Below are positions 49,556-64,000 of a stretch of DNA of 64,000 nt, piece by piece. The first letter of the stretch is position 1, and every line of letters begins with the position of its first letter. The stretch is taken from positions 21,390,001 to 21,454,000 of the forward strand of contig NC_135250.1 in the NCBI RefSeq assembly GCF_964204865.1, written 5' to 3'. The position numbers and the translations under genes are program-made. This stretch comes from Styela clava (lineage: Eukaryota). A model generated the notes under the pieces. That model did not search any database. It saw only the letters and a list, made by a program, of their open reading frames with translations, and was not told where the DNA came from.

Positions 49556-52500
49556 ATATATGACATAAAACACTCAAGATTAGGTTCATATCAATACAAA
49601 AGTAATGATGCATTTGCTTGTAAACTTCGTACAGAAGAGATACTCGCAGTGTTGTTGTCGATATTAAATTGCATGTTTAACGCTGCATAGGCATTTCTAT
49701 AGTTAAGCTTTATAAATGCGCGGAGAAATGTTCAGTAGCTTTCTCTTTTTGTTTACTCAACCAAAGACCGCTAAACGTGACAACAAACCGCCGGTTAAAA
49801 CTTGCAAGTGACGACTCTGGTTTCCGACTCGTGAGCCAAGTTGATTCCCCTAAGAAACACCTTTCTAGACGTGGAACGTCTTACGAGATATTTTAGTCAC
49901 TAATCTGTGGGCCATGCACAAGAAGAAAATTGTTTGAGGCCACCTTTTGCTCCCAACTCATACCAAGGATCAAGCTGTTGAGAGCTGAGATCAACAATAC
50001 AAACAATTGCAAGATACCACACTGCATGTCTGTTACTGTCTTTTTACGCTGAAGAGTGACGAAAATTAACCGACACTTCCCTAGCGGAGAAAAGGGGAAC
50101 CGTAATATCGGATAATATGATATATTTTTAAGTATTCTACCTGGGACCTTGAATTAAGCAGTTGTGAAATACTCATTTTGGGGGCGACAATGTAATACCT
50201 TAAGTCTAATTTTCGACGACTTGTGCATGAAAAAGGATTTTTATGATATCCATTTGCCCAATGACATTTATTATTATTTTGTTTGTTTTTTCATCTTGTT
50301 TTGAAGTTGAAATATAAAAGCTTTTAAATATTTTGTGTTTCACTCCTGGGTATATTATGACAGCAAAAACCGGTGACTATGCTCGTTTAAAGTCTAGTTC
50401 GGGTCCAACATCAAACTAAATATAATATAAAATTACTGAATCAATTTAATTATCATTTAAAGAACGAACAATTATATTCCGTACAACCTGCTGAATATTT
50501 ATTCTCGGTCTATCCCCCTCCTGATTTATATAATGAGAAGCCTCAACAATATGTCATCATATCAGCACAATTGTAACTACAGGTTAGATTAAAATACAAC
50601 ATTTTAAATTCAACAGCATTTGAAAATGGTCCCTAATCTGTTTTGAAGTTGTATAAAATTAACAAATAAAAGCATACGTAGCACATTAGCAGGAAATATA
50701 GGTAAAATGATCTAATAAAAGTATAAAACAAAAACATTCAGTGCCACAATTGTTAATTTGCTGAATGTATTCATAATTTCAAATGTACTGCTATATTATC
50801 CCCGGGACTCATTAATCTTACTCCAGTGGACACATGAGTTTTCTTTCTATTAAGCATCTAATTGTATGAAAGGAACTTATGACATTAACATTTGAGTTGC
50901 AATTACTAATAAAGTCCAGCAAATTTATTCACATATATTTATATTTAGGGCGACCCAAATTTTGAAAAAAACAATTTCAAACGCGCAGCATTTCTCATAT
51001 TCTATTTTAGTAACATTTGAATCACTTTGACGTGAAACAGACAAATTAGTGATGTTTTTTGCTCTTTTTTGAACTTTACTCTGGATTTGATGTTTTACCT
51101 TTGATACTATACAAATATCTTAATTGATTCCTTTGGGTGTGCCCACGACGTCATAATGGGTAGTTTAAATTACATATTGTGCTTGTTAGAAATTACGCAT
51201 ATTATCTGGATAAAATCATAACCATCCTATATTTCTATAAAATTGTAAAACCACTTATCTGTTTACCATCTGTTTGCGGCCACTTATCTCAAAAGCACGC
51301 AACGTAATACGTTTTTGGGGAGACCAGAATCTTTTCAGCTTGCCAAATTTTATTACAACTTAGTGAGTTGGTGACCGACGGCAGCACCCGAGATCGTCAA
51401 CCTGCGACGCCCACATAGTTAGTTCAAGACGTTAACCACTGTTTCACCGCGTCCACTAAGCGCTCGGGGCGTTAGCTTTAAATTGTTGGTTACGCCAACA
51501 TACAGTTGTGATGGTCTTAGTACTTATCGTTTTTACTGCAATGTGTAATAATATTTTTTGAATAATGTCCATTTCTTGAACTCGCGTGGATTTTACTTTA
51601 CAAATACTACCGATCTCATGTAGGTGCTTGTACGTCATAGTGTTTGTCGCTGCCTATACTATCCCAACCGCTAACGTTTTCTTGACTTTACTTGATAAAG
51701 GACTCTAAATGCCAAAATTCGCCACAATCCTTAGCAGTCGTCAAGTCTAATTTTTGACCTCAATTTCAGAATTCCTTCCTAAAATAGAAGTCTAAAATTC
51801 TAAATTTATTTTGTTTATGACGCCATCCCATACTCGAAATCAATAGAGTATATACGAGCCAAATAACAGAAGTTATAAATTCCAAAATATGTTTATTTTT
51901 ACCAAAACCATGGTTGATCCAGGCTAAAAATCTTTACCTGTTTTGTTTTTTAAGTTTGCTGGGGTATTTGTGCGCGTAATTATCCTTAATTAATTTATAG
52001 TGTAAATGCCAGACGATTTATTTCGGTAATTTTAAAACTTGCGAGCTAAATCCAAAAACTTTTCGCCTTGCAGATTTTTTACGGTTAAATTTTGAGGTAG
52101 ATGCTCCTTAAAGTTCCCCTTTTCACCTTTTAAGCTGGGTTCGTTTGGGCTAGCCTGGCTGATGTTTTTCAGTCGTTTTACCACACATGCAGAAATCGGA
52201 TTTCTGTATTAGTCAGTATACATTAACCAAATCTACGTGTGATTTTTGAGGGAATATTGTTTTCTAAGACCCATGCTTGATTATTTTCGAAAATTATTTT
52301 AAAAGCCACCATTTATGTGTGATTTACTACGGATTGTACATACAAATTGAGAATAAATATTTAACTGGGGAAACCAGCGTGTGAACAATCTTACTTAATC
52401 CTATCTTGGTGCGAAATCCCCATTCTCACCGCGATGCTTTGTGAACAACCAGCACTTTGCGCCCACCTGATGACAGTAAGAACTTTGGAAAGCATCGGGA

Positions 52501-55500
52501 GGTCTTTGAAGTGGTCACTTTGGTTTGGTGTGGACACCCGTCACATGGTGACGTAATCATGACGTCGATAAACCTAATATATTACTCATCGTTGAGATTT
52601 GGCAAAGAGCAAGGACCACTCAAGTTTTGATAATGTACTCGAACAAGACTAAGGAAACGATAATATATTTTCACACCCGCAGATTGTCAAAAAGATGTAT
52701 GTTTCGATGAGGTATAAGGAGTTTCAATTGACTTCCAATCGTAATTTAATTCCTCTTAAGTGTCAAGAAGATGCGAATTACGTACATCCGCACTCCAGAT
52801 ATGGCCACGTATATCGATTGAAATCATACGAAAAATATGAATACTTCTAATATACTGTAAATACAACGTAGTGTCGAATCTCGTCATTCTCATGTGATTA
52901 AAGAAAACTACCATTGATAATAACGTCATAGTTTTGTTTTATAGTCATTGTTAGGGTTAAAGGTTAAAATTTTAATAGTTTCACCGTTTTTAGAATATGC
53001 GTGAGGCCATGTAAGTCCCGATAAACGTAACTGTCTGCCTTTGAGCAATTTTTCAGAGCAGACGAACGAACTATAAATAAATATACAGATATGTAAGTAT
53101 AATTCCCCTTAACTAAAATTACAATGGGATCAACAAAATAGGCCAAGAATCTCTTCTGAAAGATGAGAACGCTCTTGATGTGATATAGTGAATAAAATTG
53201 CTGAAGTATCGCAAACATATAACAATAACAACAAATTGAGACAAGCGATGTTTTAAGGCAACAAACATACTAGCAAATACGCTGCGATGGTTTGCACAAT
53301 ATTACCCATGTACAGATGAATTCAACAATTTCTCAGAACCCTTTCTGAAATACAGACTTAAAGTAAATTTAGGAATTTAACGGATAAACGCAGTCAAAAG
53401 AAGTGTTTTTTTTTTATCACATCTAAGCGACATATTTGCTGAAGTTCAGCACGGAATGCTATTTTGCAAAGTGCTTTGTAACTCCCATGATGTTAATAAT
53501 ATTTAAAATTACATTTTAGGTAAACATCGGAGATATATGCAACGCCCTTAAAATTCTAGTATCATTTATGCCCAGTTCTCGATGGAAAATGACGAAAACA
53601 CTACAACACTACAAAAAATAGTGAACTATATTAAGTTGTTCGTGTAGTCCCATTTCCGGGACGTGGTCGGTGTTGTTCACTTTATAAGCTATTCAGATTA
53701 CCGAGAGATCATCGAGGGATATATTTAAATGGGGCTACGGGGGCGATAGCCTGGCTGTTTTTGCATTAACTTCTTAATTTAGCAACGATAATAGCGCTTA
53801 GTCATAAGTTTGGTTAACATAATGTTTGCAAAATAATATCATCGGCAACATATATATAGCTATTTACGACAAGTTTGTCATTTTAAAATTTACAGTGCGT
53901 TAAATTAGGCGAATGAAATTTTTAATCGCAATCACTAAACAACGGTCTCTATGTTTGAAATCTAATGAAGTGGAATAACTACGTAACCAACTCAAAAGTA
54001 AAAAATTGTGGTTGATTAGACATAAAACATTAAATTTATTGACATTTGACACATGTGCAATGCTGCCACCATAATTCTATATGATTACAGTAGCTTTTAG
54101 AATATCAGTGATCGACCGTAAGTTTGCTTTTTCAAGTCTCCTTCACTTCTCAAGTACACGTGATCTTGCTCTGAGTGAATTATCTTGAAAATACAATAAA
54201 AAGAACGAAAGTATCAAAGACCCAAAATTAATTTCACTGCGACCATTTTTACCTTGCAACCCCATTGTATTGGTAGCGTGGCACACAAAAAAATCGGAGA
54301 AGCAATTAAGCAAGAGCTACAATTTGTCCGTCCTATGTCATAGACATAGACCAATGTTAAACCTAAAAATCATGTACTCTGAAGTAATTTTGACACTTGT
54401 ACGTCTTACTAAAGAATATACACGTTCCACACTTGTCGTCTCTAGATAGATGTAAACTGAAACAGTTGCTTCCACAGAGCCCAAACTTTTTGATTCTGCT
54501 GTCTATTGCGTATCCCAGAGTTGTTTTTACCGTTTGCATATGCAATAGGTGACTCACTAAAATGCAATAAAACTTATTAATGAATATCCTTGATTCGTCA
54601 TCAGTATTGAATTCCGAAGCTTCTGACTGGGATAAATAATGTGATAAATGGGATTTTGTATTCCGAGAAACAACATTATTAAATTTTATTTATGATTACA
54701 AAATTCCATGTGTCAAAATATTTTGTATCAGGTCTCACGGACAAGAAAGACTTTTTAAAATTCTCTTTTAGACCTGGACTCAATGGAAGACAGGAGTGGT
54801 GTAGAAGTTGACATGGCTAAATATTGGCACGTATTAGTGTTAAAAGCTTTGGACAAAAGGGGAATAACAATTCAAACAAGCCGTGAATAAACATCTGCTC
54901 ATAATAACTTTAGAATCAGAGTTTATACAACGACGACGAAGTTTAAAAGTTCTTCGGATCCCATTGACCCGATGTCACAATTTATATAAAATACGTCATA
55001 ATGCACAATGTTTGACGCAGGAAAAGTAGTGTTTGCGTAACACAATAATACAAATTTGCAGTATGGATCATGTCCCATCGGTCATCTCATAGAGATCAGT
55101 ATTAGACCTATTTACAAGGATATTTACGTATATTGTCTGCGCTCGAATATTAAGTAATGTGGTCACGAAATTAATAAGTGAAAGCGAGGTCTGTATTCAT
55201 CCGCTAGCTGTGACATTTGCCCGGTGCAAATGAGGTTTTCCAACTTTAGTTTATTCGGTTAAATGCAATGATTCATTTGTTACTGACCACATCACAAGTG
55301 ATCTATTGGGAATTGATTCCATAAAAAGTCGATCGTCTGGTCGTCGTCGGTTGGCGCGGCATTTGGTGGTCACACGCAGGCAGAGGGCACGTACGCCCCC
55401 GATGTTTGCATCGAGTTGTGCTACGATCAGCTGAAACCGACAAGTCTGTTCTAAATTCAATAGCGAGGAGCTTACAAGCAATCAGCATTGCGAGGTCTGA

Positions 55501-57048
55501 TGCGGCCATTTACGAAAATCATATTTCAAACTCCCAAGCATGGTGTGAACACGGACAGCTTCCGATACTTACAGATTAACTTTTATTGCGTTAGCGCTTT
55601 TGCATTTTCTCGCTGTATATTATTAGCCTGGTATGGAATGCGGATATAATTAAGTTAACCAATATGTTTTTATATCATTTAAGGCAAGAGGCAGTGTGAC
55701 CATCATATGCATTTGGAACTCAGTTTGCAATTAACTCGTCTGATAGAAACGCTGTCGTGGCTATACTAGAATGATAATTCTAAAGTTAGAATGAGCAATG
55801 GGACTTCAAATAAGTGTAATCGACTAAAACGCATGCCAAGAAGACAGGCGAAAGGCTAAACTAGTTGTTGCAAGTACTTTGGCCATATGTAACTAATGTA
55901 AGCAAGCGAAGATGCATAAACACAAGTATCCTTCGCGACTGGGCGCTTATTAATTCCTTAGTAAGTTACGCTAGTGTCTCACTTAGGTCGTTTTTTCTTG
56001 ATCAGTTCTATTCGGGATACAATTTTTTGCATATTCGCGTGAGAAGTGTGCATTTTCGTGTTGTTTCCATAAAAATCACTTTTACCATTTTCGAAAAAAA
56101 AAATCTGTAAATCACGCTTGCTTTAGAGTCGGTAAAAAGGAAAAAATAACAAATTTTCATGTTTTAATAAAAATAAAAACAGCGGGCGAGACATAATCTC
56201 TGTTAGTAGATGTAACGCGATGATCAAGTACTTGTTAAATTAATATGAATACCATAGTTCGTCAAACTAAATTTATAGTTTCAGCATGCAAAATTTTAAT
56301 GTTTGTGTCAATTCTGGCCATTGAGTAATTGCTTTCACCAACCCCCAGCGAACCAGGGTGTATGTGACTTGTAAATGCCAAAAAAATATTATTAATTTGC
56401 TCAAATTTTTCAACAGTGCTCGCTTTTACCTTTTGAGGGTCTTTATAAGCGAAGTCCCTCTCTGATTCCAGGAACAATGCTTAGGACTGTCAAGTCGCCA
56501 ACAAAACCAATAAATTCATATTGAATCAGTTTTTTTATCTGTGAAATCTGACTTGAATTGAATATTACTTTTTTCGGTTGATGTTTATTTTCAGACAGTC
56601 AGACAAGGTCGCAGGGCATTGTTTTACGTAGAAAATAGTATGAGTCAGTGTGATCTCAAGAACACATAAAACAAAACAAGTCTTGTCAGTGTATTTAACG
56701 AAGTATTTGAATTTAGATTGAATATATTATGACAACAGCTAAGGGATAATATTAGTAGAAAAAACGTGGAGCTAGGAAAAGCCAAATCAGAATCACATAT
56801 TGGGGAATATTGATTGATTAAAATCAGTGCATTTTCTGATAATCACTCAAGAAATATATGAACGTTTCTAGAATGACATTTTTGGTTGAAATTGACGTAT
56901 AGGGCAAGCATTTAATTGGTCAATTTTAGTTGAAAAATATTTTTTTATTGTTGACGTTTTTTAGCATTCTCGACTTCTTTTAAAAACTAGTACATTAATG
57001 AATATATTCGAGCGGAATAATGATTGCAAGATCTCCAAATGAAACAAC

Positions 57049-60040
57049 ATGCTCCTGCCATTTTCTGTATATTGTCGAAGAATAAAAGCAACAACGTCGT
57101 CAACAATATCAGTGTGTTTTAAAACGCCAAATCGACCTCAAATCATCTTCAATTTTCTACTTCATTTACTTATTTTAATCAACAACAGTGTTATCAACTT
57201 CAAACGTGCAAACATTTTTCTTCTTTTCGTTGCCTTGAACTTGTTATTTGTACCAATCATGGGGTCGCCGTTGATCGTCAACCCCGAGGATAAATCGGGC
57301 CTGGCCAATAAAGAAAATCCGAGTATAACACACAATCAAGTATCAACAAATGATAACTTCAACCTTTATGAAAGCACCACCAAAAAACGTGATTTCGAAA
57401 GACAGACTCCTTTAGATTTTCTTCAAAAGGAGAAAAATACAAACTGTTTATTCTGTAAAATATTTTCTTATCATCGGAAGGATTCACCCAATAAAGTAAC
57501 GCATACAGGTTCATCAAATTCATTACAGCAAAAGACTGCTTTTTCATCAGAAAGTACAACAACAGGTCACCTACCAACGATTCAAACTAATACAGCCAAA
57601 TCAGAAACTACTTCTAGCGGAAAATTGCGTCTAATGGGTGCAATTTCGCACACCGCCATGGACTCGTTTCCGTTTAATAAGCCCAGGACGCGAAGAAGAT
57701 GGCGTCGAAATGTCGGCGATCGACGATTGAAAAGACTTTATTGTAGAACTGGATATATTTTACAAATTCGTTCAAATGGACGTGTAGATGGGACATACGA
57801 CCATCGAAGCAAACTCGGTTAGTATTAGCTTGGAATTCTTAGTTGAAATCATTTACATTCTCACTTATTATTATCACACATGGTCACAGGGTAGATGCAT
57901 TAGAATAATCTGATTCACGCAGTCGATATTAAATATGAACCCAGTGCACCGTCCTGTAGAATCAGATTCGTTTACTATTTTAAATTCATAAATATGTAGT
58001 GCGTGTTATTATTATCACATTTAGTGTGTTGAGGCCCTTCAATCAAGGCGAAATTTTATTTTAAATATGTATATATTTCCCATATTACATTGTGGTTCAC
58101 TATGAGATTATCACGGGAAATTATCAAAAAAAATTTTGTTACTAAGGTGTAATTTTAAGAAGAATTCGCATAACTTAATCTACATAAAGTCCCTCTACGC
58201 TCATCGTAAATGTGCTATGAATTCCAGTTGAATATATGTTTATTTTGACCTCGTGGAAAACTGTCCATTAGCGTGTCAGCAACTTGCGCGTCTCAACATA
58301 ATTGTGGACGTTAGTTTGTTTTTGCGATTTAACTGGACAAATGGACAGCGATTGTTGTTTAGTTTACCATGGAGATTAGGGGACCCCCGGTGAGAAGGAT
58401 TGAATTGGTGCGTGCGACGCCATTGCGGGTAAAATTATACCTATTTTGATATCAAAAGTATAAAATGAAGAAAGTGTGGTGAAGATGCTCCCATTAAAAC
58501 AGGACCAACAAAAAAATTACCGTTTGATGTTTCAAGAGAGTAAGATCCGAATACAAGTTGGAAAAAGCATTTGGGTTTACTTGCGTCAACACTGATATTT
58601 TCACAGATCAAATATCGAGTATTGGTATTGTCTAATGTTGTGTAACTTTCGACTTAAGGTACTAAATTTATTTGCTGACGCTGCAAGCGGTCTTCTACCC
58701 CTAAAGTTCCTTTTTAGCTGCTACTGAGAATAGTAACGCTACTCGTTTTTTGAATACAGTCAACACGTTTAATCTTGTTACCGCGCTTCTAATGAAATAG
58801 TACACCAAGTAATCGAACGAAAGCGAAGCCGAAGAAGGCCGACCCTTAAGAGTTCAAATCACGACTGAATTCAAACGAAAAAGTTGTTTTTACAAAACAG
58901 AATTTACCAGATAAACCTATTTGGTTTTTGTGGATTTTTCATGGGAAACTAATAAAACTCGAATTTAATTCGATGAGAACACAGAATAAATTTGTTTAAG
59001 GGATTCATATTTATACTAATAATACAGCACCATTAATCTTATTTAAAACCAAAATGCCACCTTTTTGAATTAATTAAAAAACACACACCTAGCGAGACTT
59101 TGTAAAATAATAAAAGTAGTTTTAAGGTCACTCACCCTGCTACCAAATGCTGCATAAACTTTTCATTGTACCCACAAATCTCGCCAAAAATGTATTTTCG
59201 CAAGACCCAAACCTTCTAATTTTAGTTAGGGTTAATTATCTTCACTTGTACGCACGGAGATTAAGTACCCATGCCCTCAAAAAACGGATAGTCTACCAAA
59301 TAAGGGTATGTACCTACCCCTGCCTGCTATTTACTTAACCGATGTACTTACTAATTTTATTACTAAGCTCGGAATTTATGTTCCTCCTCTTTATTTTTAG
59401 GTGAAATGCTTATACAAACGGTCAGCAAAGGTTTAGTTAGAATTCAAAGTCGAGCTACTGGACTTTTTCTTGCCATGACTCGATCGGGGAAATTATACGC
59501 CACGGTAAGGATTTTCTATAAAAGTTCTAAAGTTCAAAAAATGTAATTAAAAACATTTAATGAAAAAGTACCATTATTTTTAACAGAATTTGGTTTGAAC
59601 GATTAAAATATAACAGCAAAAGCTTTTTTTGTGAAGCGACACTTTTATATCGGCCCTTGCACGCAAGGTCAACCACAAATGCCTTGAAATAGAATCAATT
59701 TGTTTACCCATGTTAAGACTACTTTCTCGTAACGATACTAGATTTCATAAGTTGAACAAGTATTAGGACAAAGAAACATATGGGTTTTATTAGCAACTGT
59801 ATTGTAACAAACATCTGATAAGATTTTATTTTACAGGAGGTGTACGACCCCAACAGAAGTAATTTTGTGGAAAAGGTGGAAGAAGGGTGGTATAACACAT
59901 ATTCAAACTGGATATCGCCCAGCGACAAAAGACAACGAAAATCTTATGTCGGTATAAGCAAACACGGAAAACCCAAAAAGGGGACGAGAATTTCATACAC
60001 CAGTAAGTCGGCACATTTCCTGCCTCTGGACGTCGACTGA
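57049..60040 (+). CDS. FGF: Fibroblast growth factor (subfamily FGF3/7/10/22 or FGF9/16/20 unresolved)
   Basis: Exons 57049-57817, 59401-59504 and 59837-60040 follow the canonical FGF intron pattern, including a 104-bp middle exon. Motifs RRLKRLYCRTGYILQIRSNGRVDGT, GLVRIQSRATGLFLAMTRSGKLYAT, GWYNTYS, YVGISKHGKPKKG and SAHFLP. The start codon is uncertain. Confidence 0.93.
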
Positions 60041-63000
60041 CTGGACGTAACAATGCTGACGGTGTTGGAAAACACAAAAAGGCAGCTTGCCATATAGCAG
60101 CGTTCATAAGAAATCGGGAAGTGATGATGAAAACAAAGGATGCTTGAACTGACTTGCGCCAATGAAAGTGCATCTAAAATGGGGTTCTGGTGTGGGTGTT
60201 TATCGAACAATTATGTGGCGATGTGAGATTAAATTATGGAGAAAATTGCACACGCTATACCTTTGGAGAAAAGTTCAATATAAAAGCTTAAAATGAACTA
60301 CGCGTTATTTTAGTGCATTTCTGTGGAACGTTTTTCAAACTGATTATTAAATCTGAAATTTTCTAAAAGGTAGACAGATTTTAAATTTGCTGTGTAAGAC
60401 AAAAATGGTTATTTGTGGTATTCATGTTTTAATGGTTTCAACGAATTTATTTGTTTCGAAACTATGAAGCGAGTATTTTTGTCATGTGGCCCTCTACTAG
60501 TATCGCTGATTGGTTGATTTCATTGTTTTGTGTCGTCAACAAAGACAGATCGAGAATGAGTGTCTACGAAAATTGCACCCCAATTCGTTGTAGACGTACG
60601 CAATAGCACAGCTTTGTAATTGTTATCGTAGGCTACCAGCTATCATGCGCATAGTGTCTTTAATGCATGCTTATGTGCAGGACTAAATTTGACCGACAAT
60701 TCGCAAGGGAATATGCTGTTGTTGATACACAGATAGGCATTGCGGTGTCGCAAGCTTTAAATAATATAATACAATAAACGACGTGTTTTTCACCGACTTC
60801 ATTAAGACGTGATAAAATGTACTAAATTAACTGGCGTTTGCCTGTAAATAAATCCCTGCTGGTTCTGTGGATATACATTTGTTGGGTCTCACTTAGTATG
60901 CCATTGGTTTGAAATTACTGTTATTGTCAAGTAAAATATAATGCGTTTACAATTCATCTGGAATATTAAATTGTGTCTTCGCAATTCATAATCACGCTAT
61001 ATTAAAAACAAGATCCTATTTCTCCCTTATACCGATGAATTTCTGGCATCCATGAAATGCTTTTCTGCATACTCTTTTGCAAATTATAAGATTACCGTTC
61101 TATTTTTAAACAACATTTCACAAATTATGCATGGTCAAGCATGGTCATATGATATTAAAGACATGAAATATCATAACATATAGGATCATATTAAAACAAA
61201 CTATAATCTTTCTCGCACGAGCAAATTCCTTTTCGTATATTGAGTTGGCTACGTAGGTCGATTGGCCACATTTAATAGAAAAATATAATACAGCTCATGC
61301 TTGATTCAAGTCCGTTAATGGTGTTGAAAATATTTCGCAAGAAAAATATTTTTCGTAGTAGACATGAGACGAATATACATCATTGTCAGTATGCAATTAA
61401 GCTCAATAATACGCGACGAATGACCGAATTTGTACCACACAATTTGTTAAAAATTACATCAGAATAAACTGACATTTCATCATATATCTAACCGGACACA
61501 GGGTGAAATATTCCCACAAATCTATATAAGTGTTAGTGAGAGGTGATACAATTTTAGTAGAGCATTTTTCAACGACAGAAGTGCATGGCATATTCAGGAT
61601 CAAACTACATGCATATGCCAGTTTATTTGGTACATAATCTTAACAATTGAAAATTAATATCCATGTCTTTCTAAATGCTTAACTTTCAGTATTAGAATTT
61701 TAATTTTTCCTTATTTTTATATCACTCTTTGTTTTTCTACATTTTTATGCTATTTATTTTGCCTCATTTTTTATATTTGTTTTCATTTTTGTTCTTTATC
61801 ATTTTTGTTCGTTATTTTGACAAAAATTGCCTTTTAATTTCAATAAAGCAATCAAAACAATAGTTTATTGCCGTGGCCTATTTGAAGGAATTTATCGCGG
61901 CCAAATGTGGGCTCGTGATATAGGGCGCTAAGTTATCTTGCTATATCTATGAGCCTAAGTATGTTGAGCCCTGGCAAAGGTATAAGCTAAAGCTTAATAT
62001 TCAACATTTAATTAAATTATAATTTGACTAAAGTATTTCGAAAGAATCATGCGTGCATAACATACTTTCTACTCTAGTGAGAAATGCTATAGATAGATTA
62101 TAAAAAATTATATAAAGAAAGAAATAGCGTGCGTGCGAGCGAGTATGGGAGATAATTAGAGACATTTTCCTCGACTTGCGAAGTTTCGAAACAAAGGGAA
62201 ATCAGGTAGCATGGGAGCAGAATAAAATGATTTAAACTTGTAAACCGGGAACCCTGCACACTGCGAAACAAATTTTAGATTCTGATTTATAAGGAAAATT
62301 TTGTTCCGCATTCACAATGTATCATTGAAATGACATTGTAACTAAAGATTACTCTCACGCTATTTGTCAAAAAAAAATATATTCTTTTGAATTCCCACAC
62401 CGTCAGCGTGTAAAATAACTTGATTGATTCATGTTTAGGAGTATTTAATAGAATAGGTGGCAAAATTGGAAAAATTCTCCGAATACAGAGATACAGTTTC
62501 ATGCAAAAAGCAAAAAAAAGATAACAAATTTCGAATTCTTATTTTAGGTTCAATTTTGTGTTTACTTATATTTTTTTCAAAATCTTGACCTTTAAATGAG
62601 ACTTACTCCATTGGGTTAAGGCACTCGTCTCCTCTAAAATAAGTTAATTTAATAACTTTCGTGCCAGGTAACGTGGAACATCTTCCCAGACTCGTGCGAA
62701 ACATTCTCTCAGTCGAATCGGCATCTTGTCTACAAAGGCTTCTTCCAAATTAATTCGAAGGGAAAACAAAAATCAAGATAAGTCCTTGTAAAAACTATTT
62801 CACCACTAAGTACGCACGTACTTGCAAAATTTTCGCACGTGAGGGGCGCACGACAGCTTTACTGCTAAATTTAAATAAATAAAAATTGTAAATAATACAC
62901 CGTTTAAAAATAGCCAAATAGTAAACAAATGAGTTGAATAAAAGAAAAATAAATTTAAATATATGTTATATAATGTAACAGCTACTACTAAAATTTCTTT

Positions 63001-64000
63001 GTTGAATTGCATTTACTTTGCTACCGCTGCTGAGTAATAGTGAATATTATATACCAAAATCTGATTTGGATGAACAGTATTATCACCGACTTCATAATTT
63101 GTTGTGGAGACTTGACGTCGTGGAGCATATTCACAGCTAAAACGTAATAGCATTTAATCGTCAAGTGAAATCCAGGACCACATTCGGAAAGCAAGCAAAA
63201 TTGAAAATAATTATTCAGTTTCATACCTAACGAAAAAATAATTAAGTAGACTATGATAAAGTTGAAAATTAGACTTGATATTAAGTTTATAAAATGATGT
63301 GAGCCACTCCTCTTTTTTACATACGCCGATTTGAATCCAATGCGTTAGATCTGAACCATATTTTCATTTATTTATTCAAGATTACCTTCAATTAGACGTA
63401 AAAGTTGAAATATGTAGGATACTTATATTTTGTTCAGCATCATTGACAATATAAGCCCAGTGGTTTTAATCTGTTGATGTATTAGAATGAAGTTCAAATT
63501 AACGTTCACTCGTTCTGGGGAACAAGGGGAAAGTATTCTTATTATAGCAGTTATATCATCCTTTTCTGCCTTCAATTGGCGATTATAAACCTCAGAGTTC
63601 ATAGGCGATACTTAAAAAAATTAATACACAAAACAGGATTAATACCATTATTATCTCTCTCAAATGCAAACTAATTTTTCTCTCCAAGTACTCAAATGTT
63701 AGGCCACATGGTAATTGTAGTGGTCTGAACATGCTTGGTCGTTTTCAAAAAAAAATATTCTATTATTCAGTCTTGATGCGAAAGCACGCTTTCACTCGTT
63801 TCCTATTGTTCATACATGATATTCAATTTGGTTATAGTGCTATAAGCATCGGAGATGGCAGGTAAATAGGGTAGGGCTGCGATTCACTAACTGAGGTTTC
63901 AATTTATCGAACGCGGTATGAATTAGTGAGCTTAATAGAATTTTTTCTGGGATTAAAGGCGGAGCAACGGGTTGGGCACAAACCGTCGCACGAGATATTG

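Noticed and set aside
50947-52160. Possible DNA transposon remnant (tagggcgaccc start, short ORF 51456-51638)
   Set aside because: The partner TIR and TSD are unconvincing and no transposase motif is recognisable.
59826-60210. Antisense ORFs over FGF exon 3, and similar short shadow ORFs across the window
   Set aside because: They overlap real exons or repeats on the opposite strand and have no motifs; expected by chance.

Overview
AT-rich, intron-containing animal genomic DNA. The short GT-AG introns, repeat landscape and gene content are compatible with an invertebrate chordate such as an ascidian; this is inference only. Four host genes can be reconstructed: (1) a minus-strand multi-exon gene at about 7.7-14.8 kb fusing an IRE1/RNase L-like Ser/Thr kinase domain to Kelch repeats, with no KEN RNase domain; (2) a CSRNP/AXUD1 orthologue at 34.5-42.4 kb; (3) an intronless 7TM/GPCR-like gene at 45.8-46.9 kb whose C-terminus appears truncated by a MITE insertion; (4) a three-coding-exon FGF gene at 57.0-60.0 kb. 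The most unusual region is about 16.4-27.7 kb. It holds a decayed, compact virus-like cassette with a protein-primed family-B DNA polymerase (N-terminal C2H2 fingers, internal VSR-like nuclease, spliceosomal introns) and several small spliced orphan genes. This cassette lies co-oriented and almost directly upstream of a Ty3/Gypsy-like gag-protease-RT-RNase H module, with no Polinton capsid, ATPase or integrase genes recognisable. The rest comprises a 186-bp satellite with a fold-back junction, hAT MITEs (several with 8-bp TSDs), Helentron/DINE-1-like elements, a second Gypsy relic, a LINE ORF1 relic and a tRNA-derived SINE. All calls come from manual reading and translation; no database searches were run.
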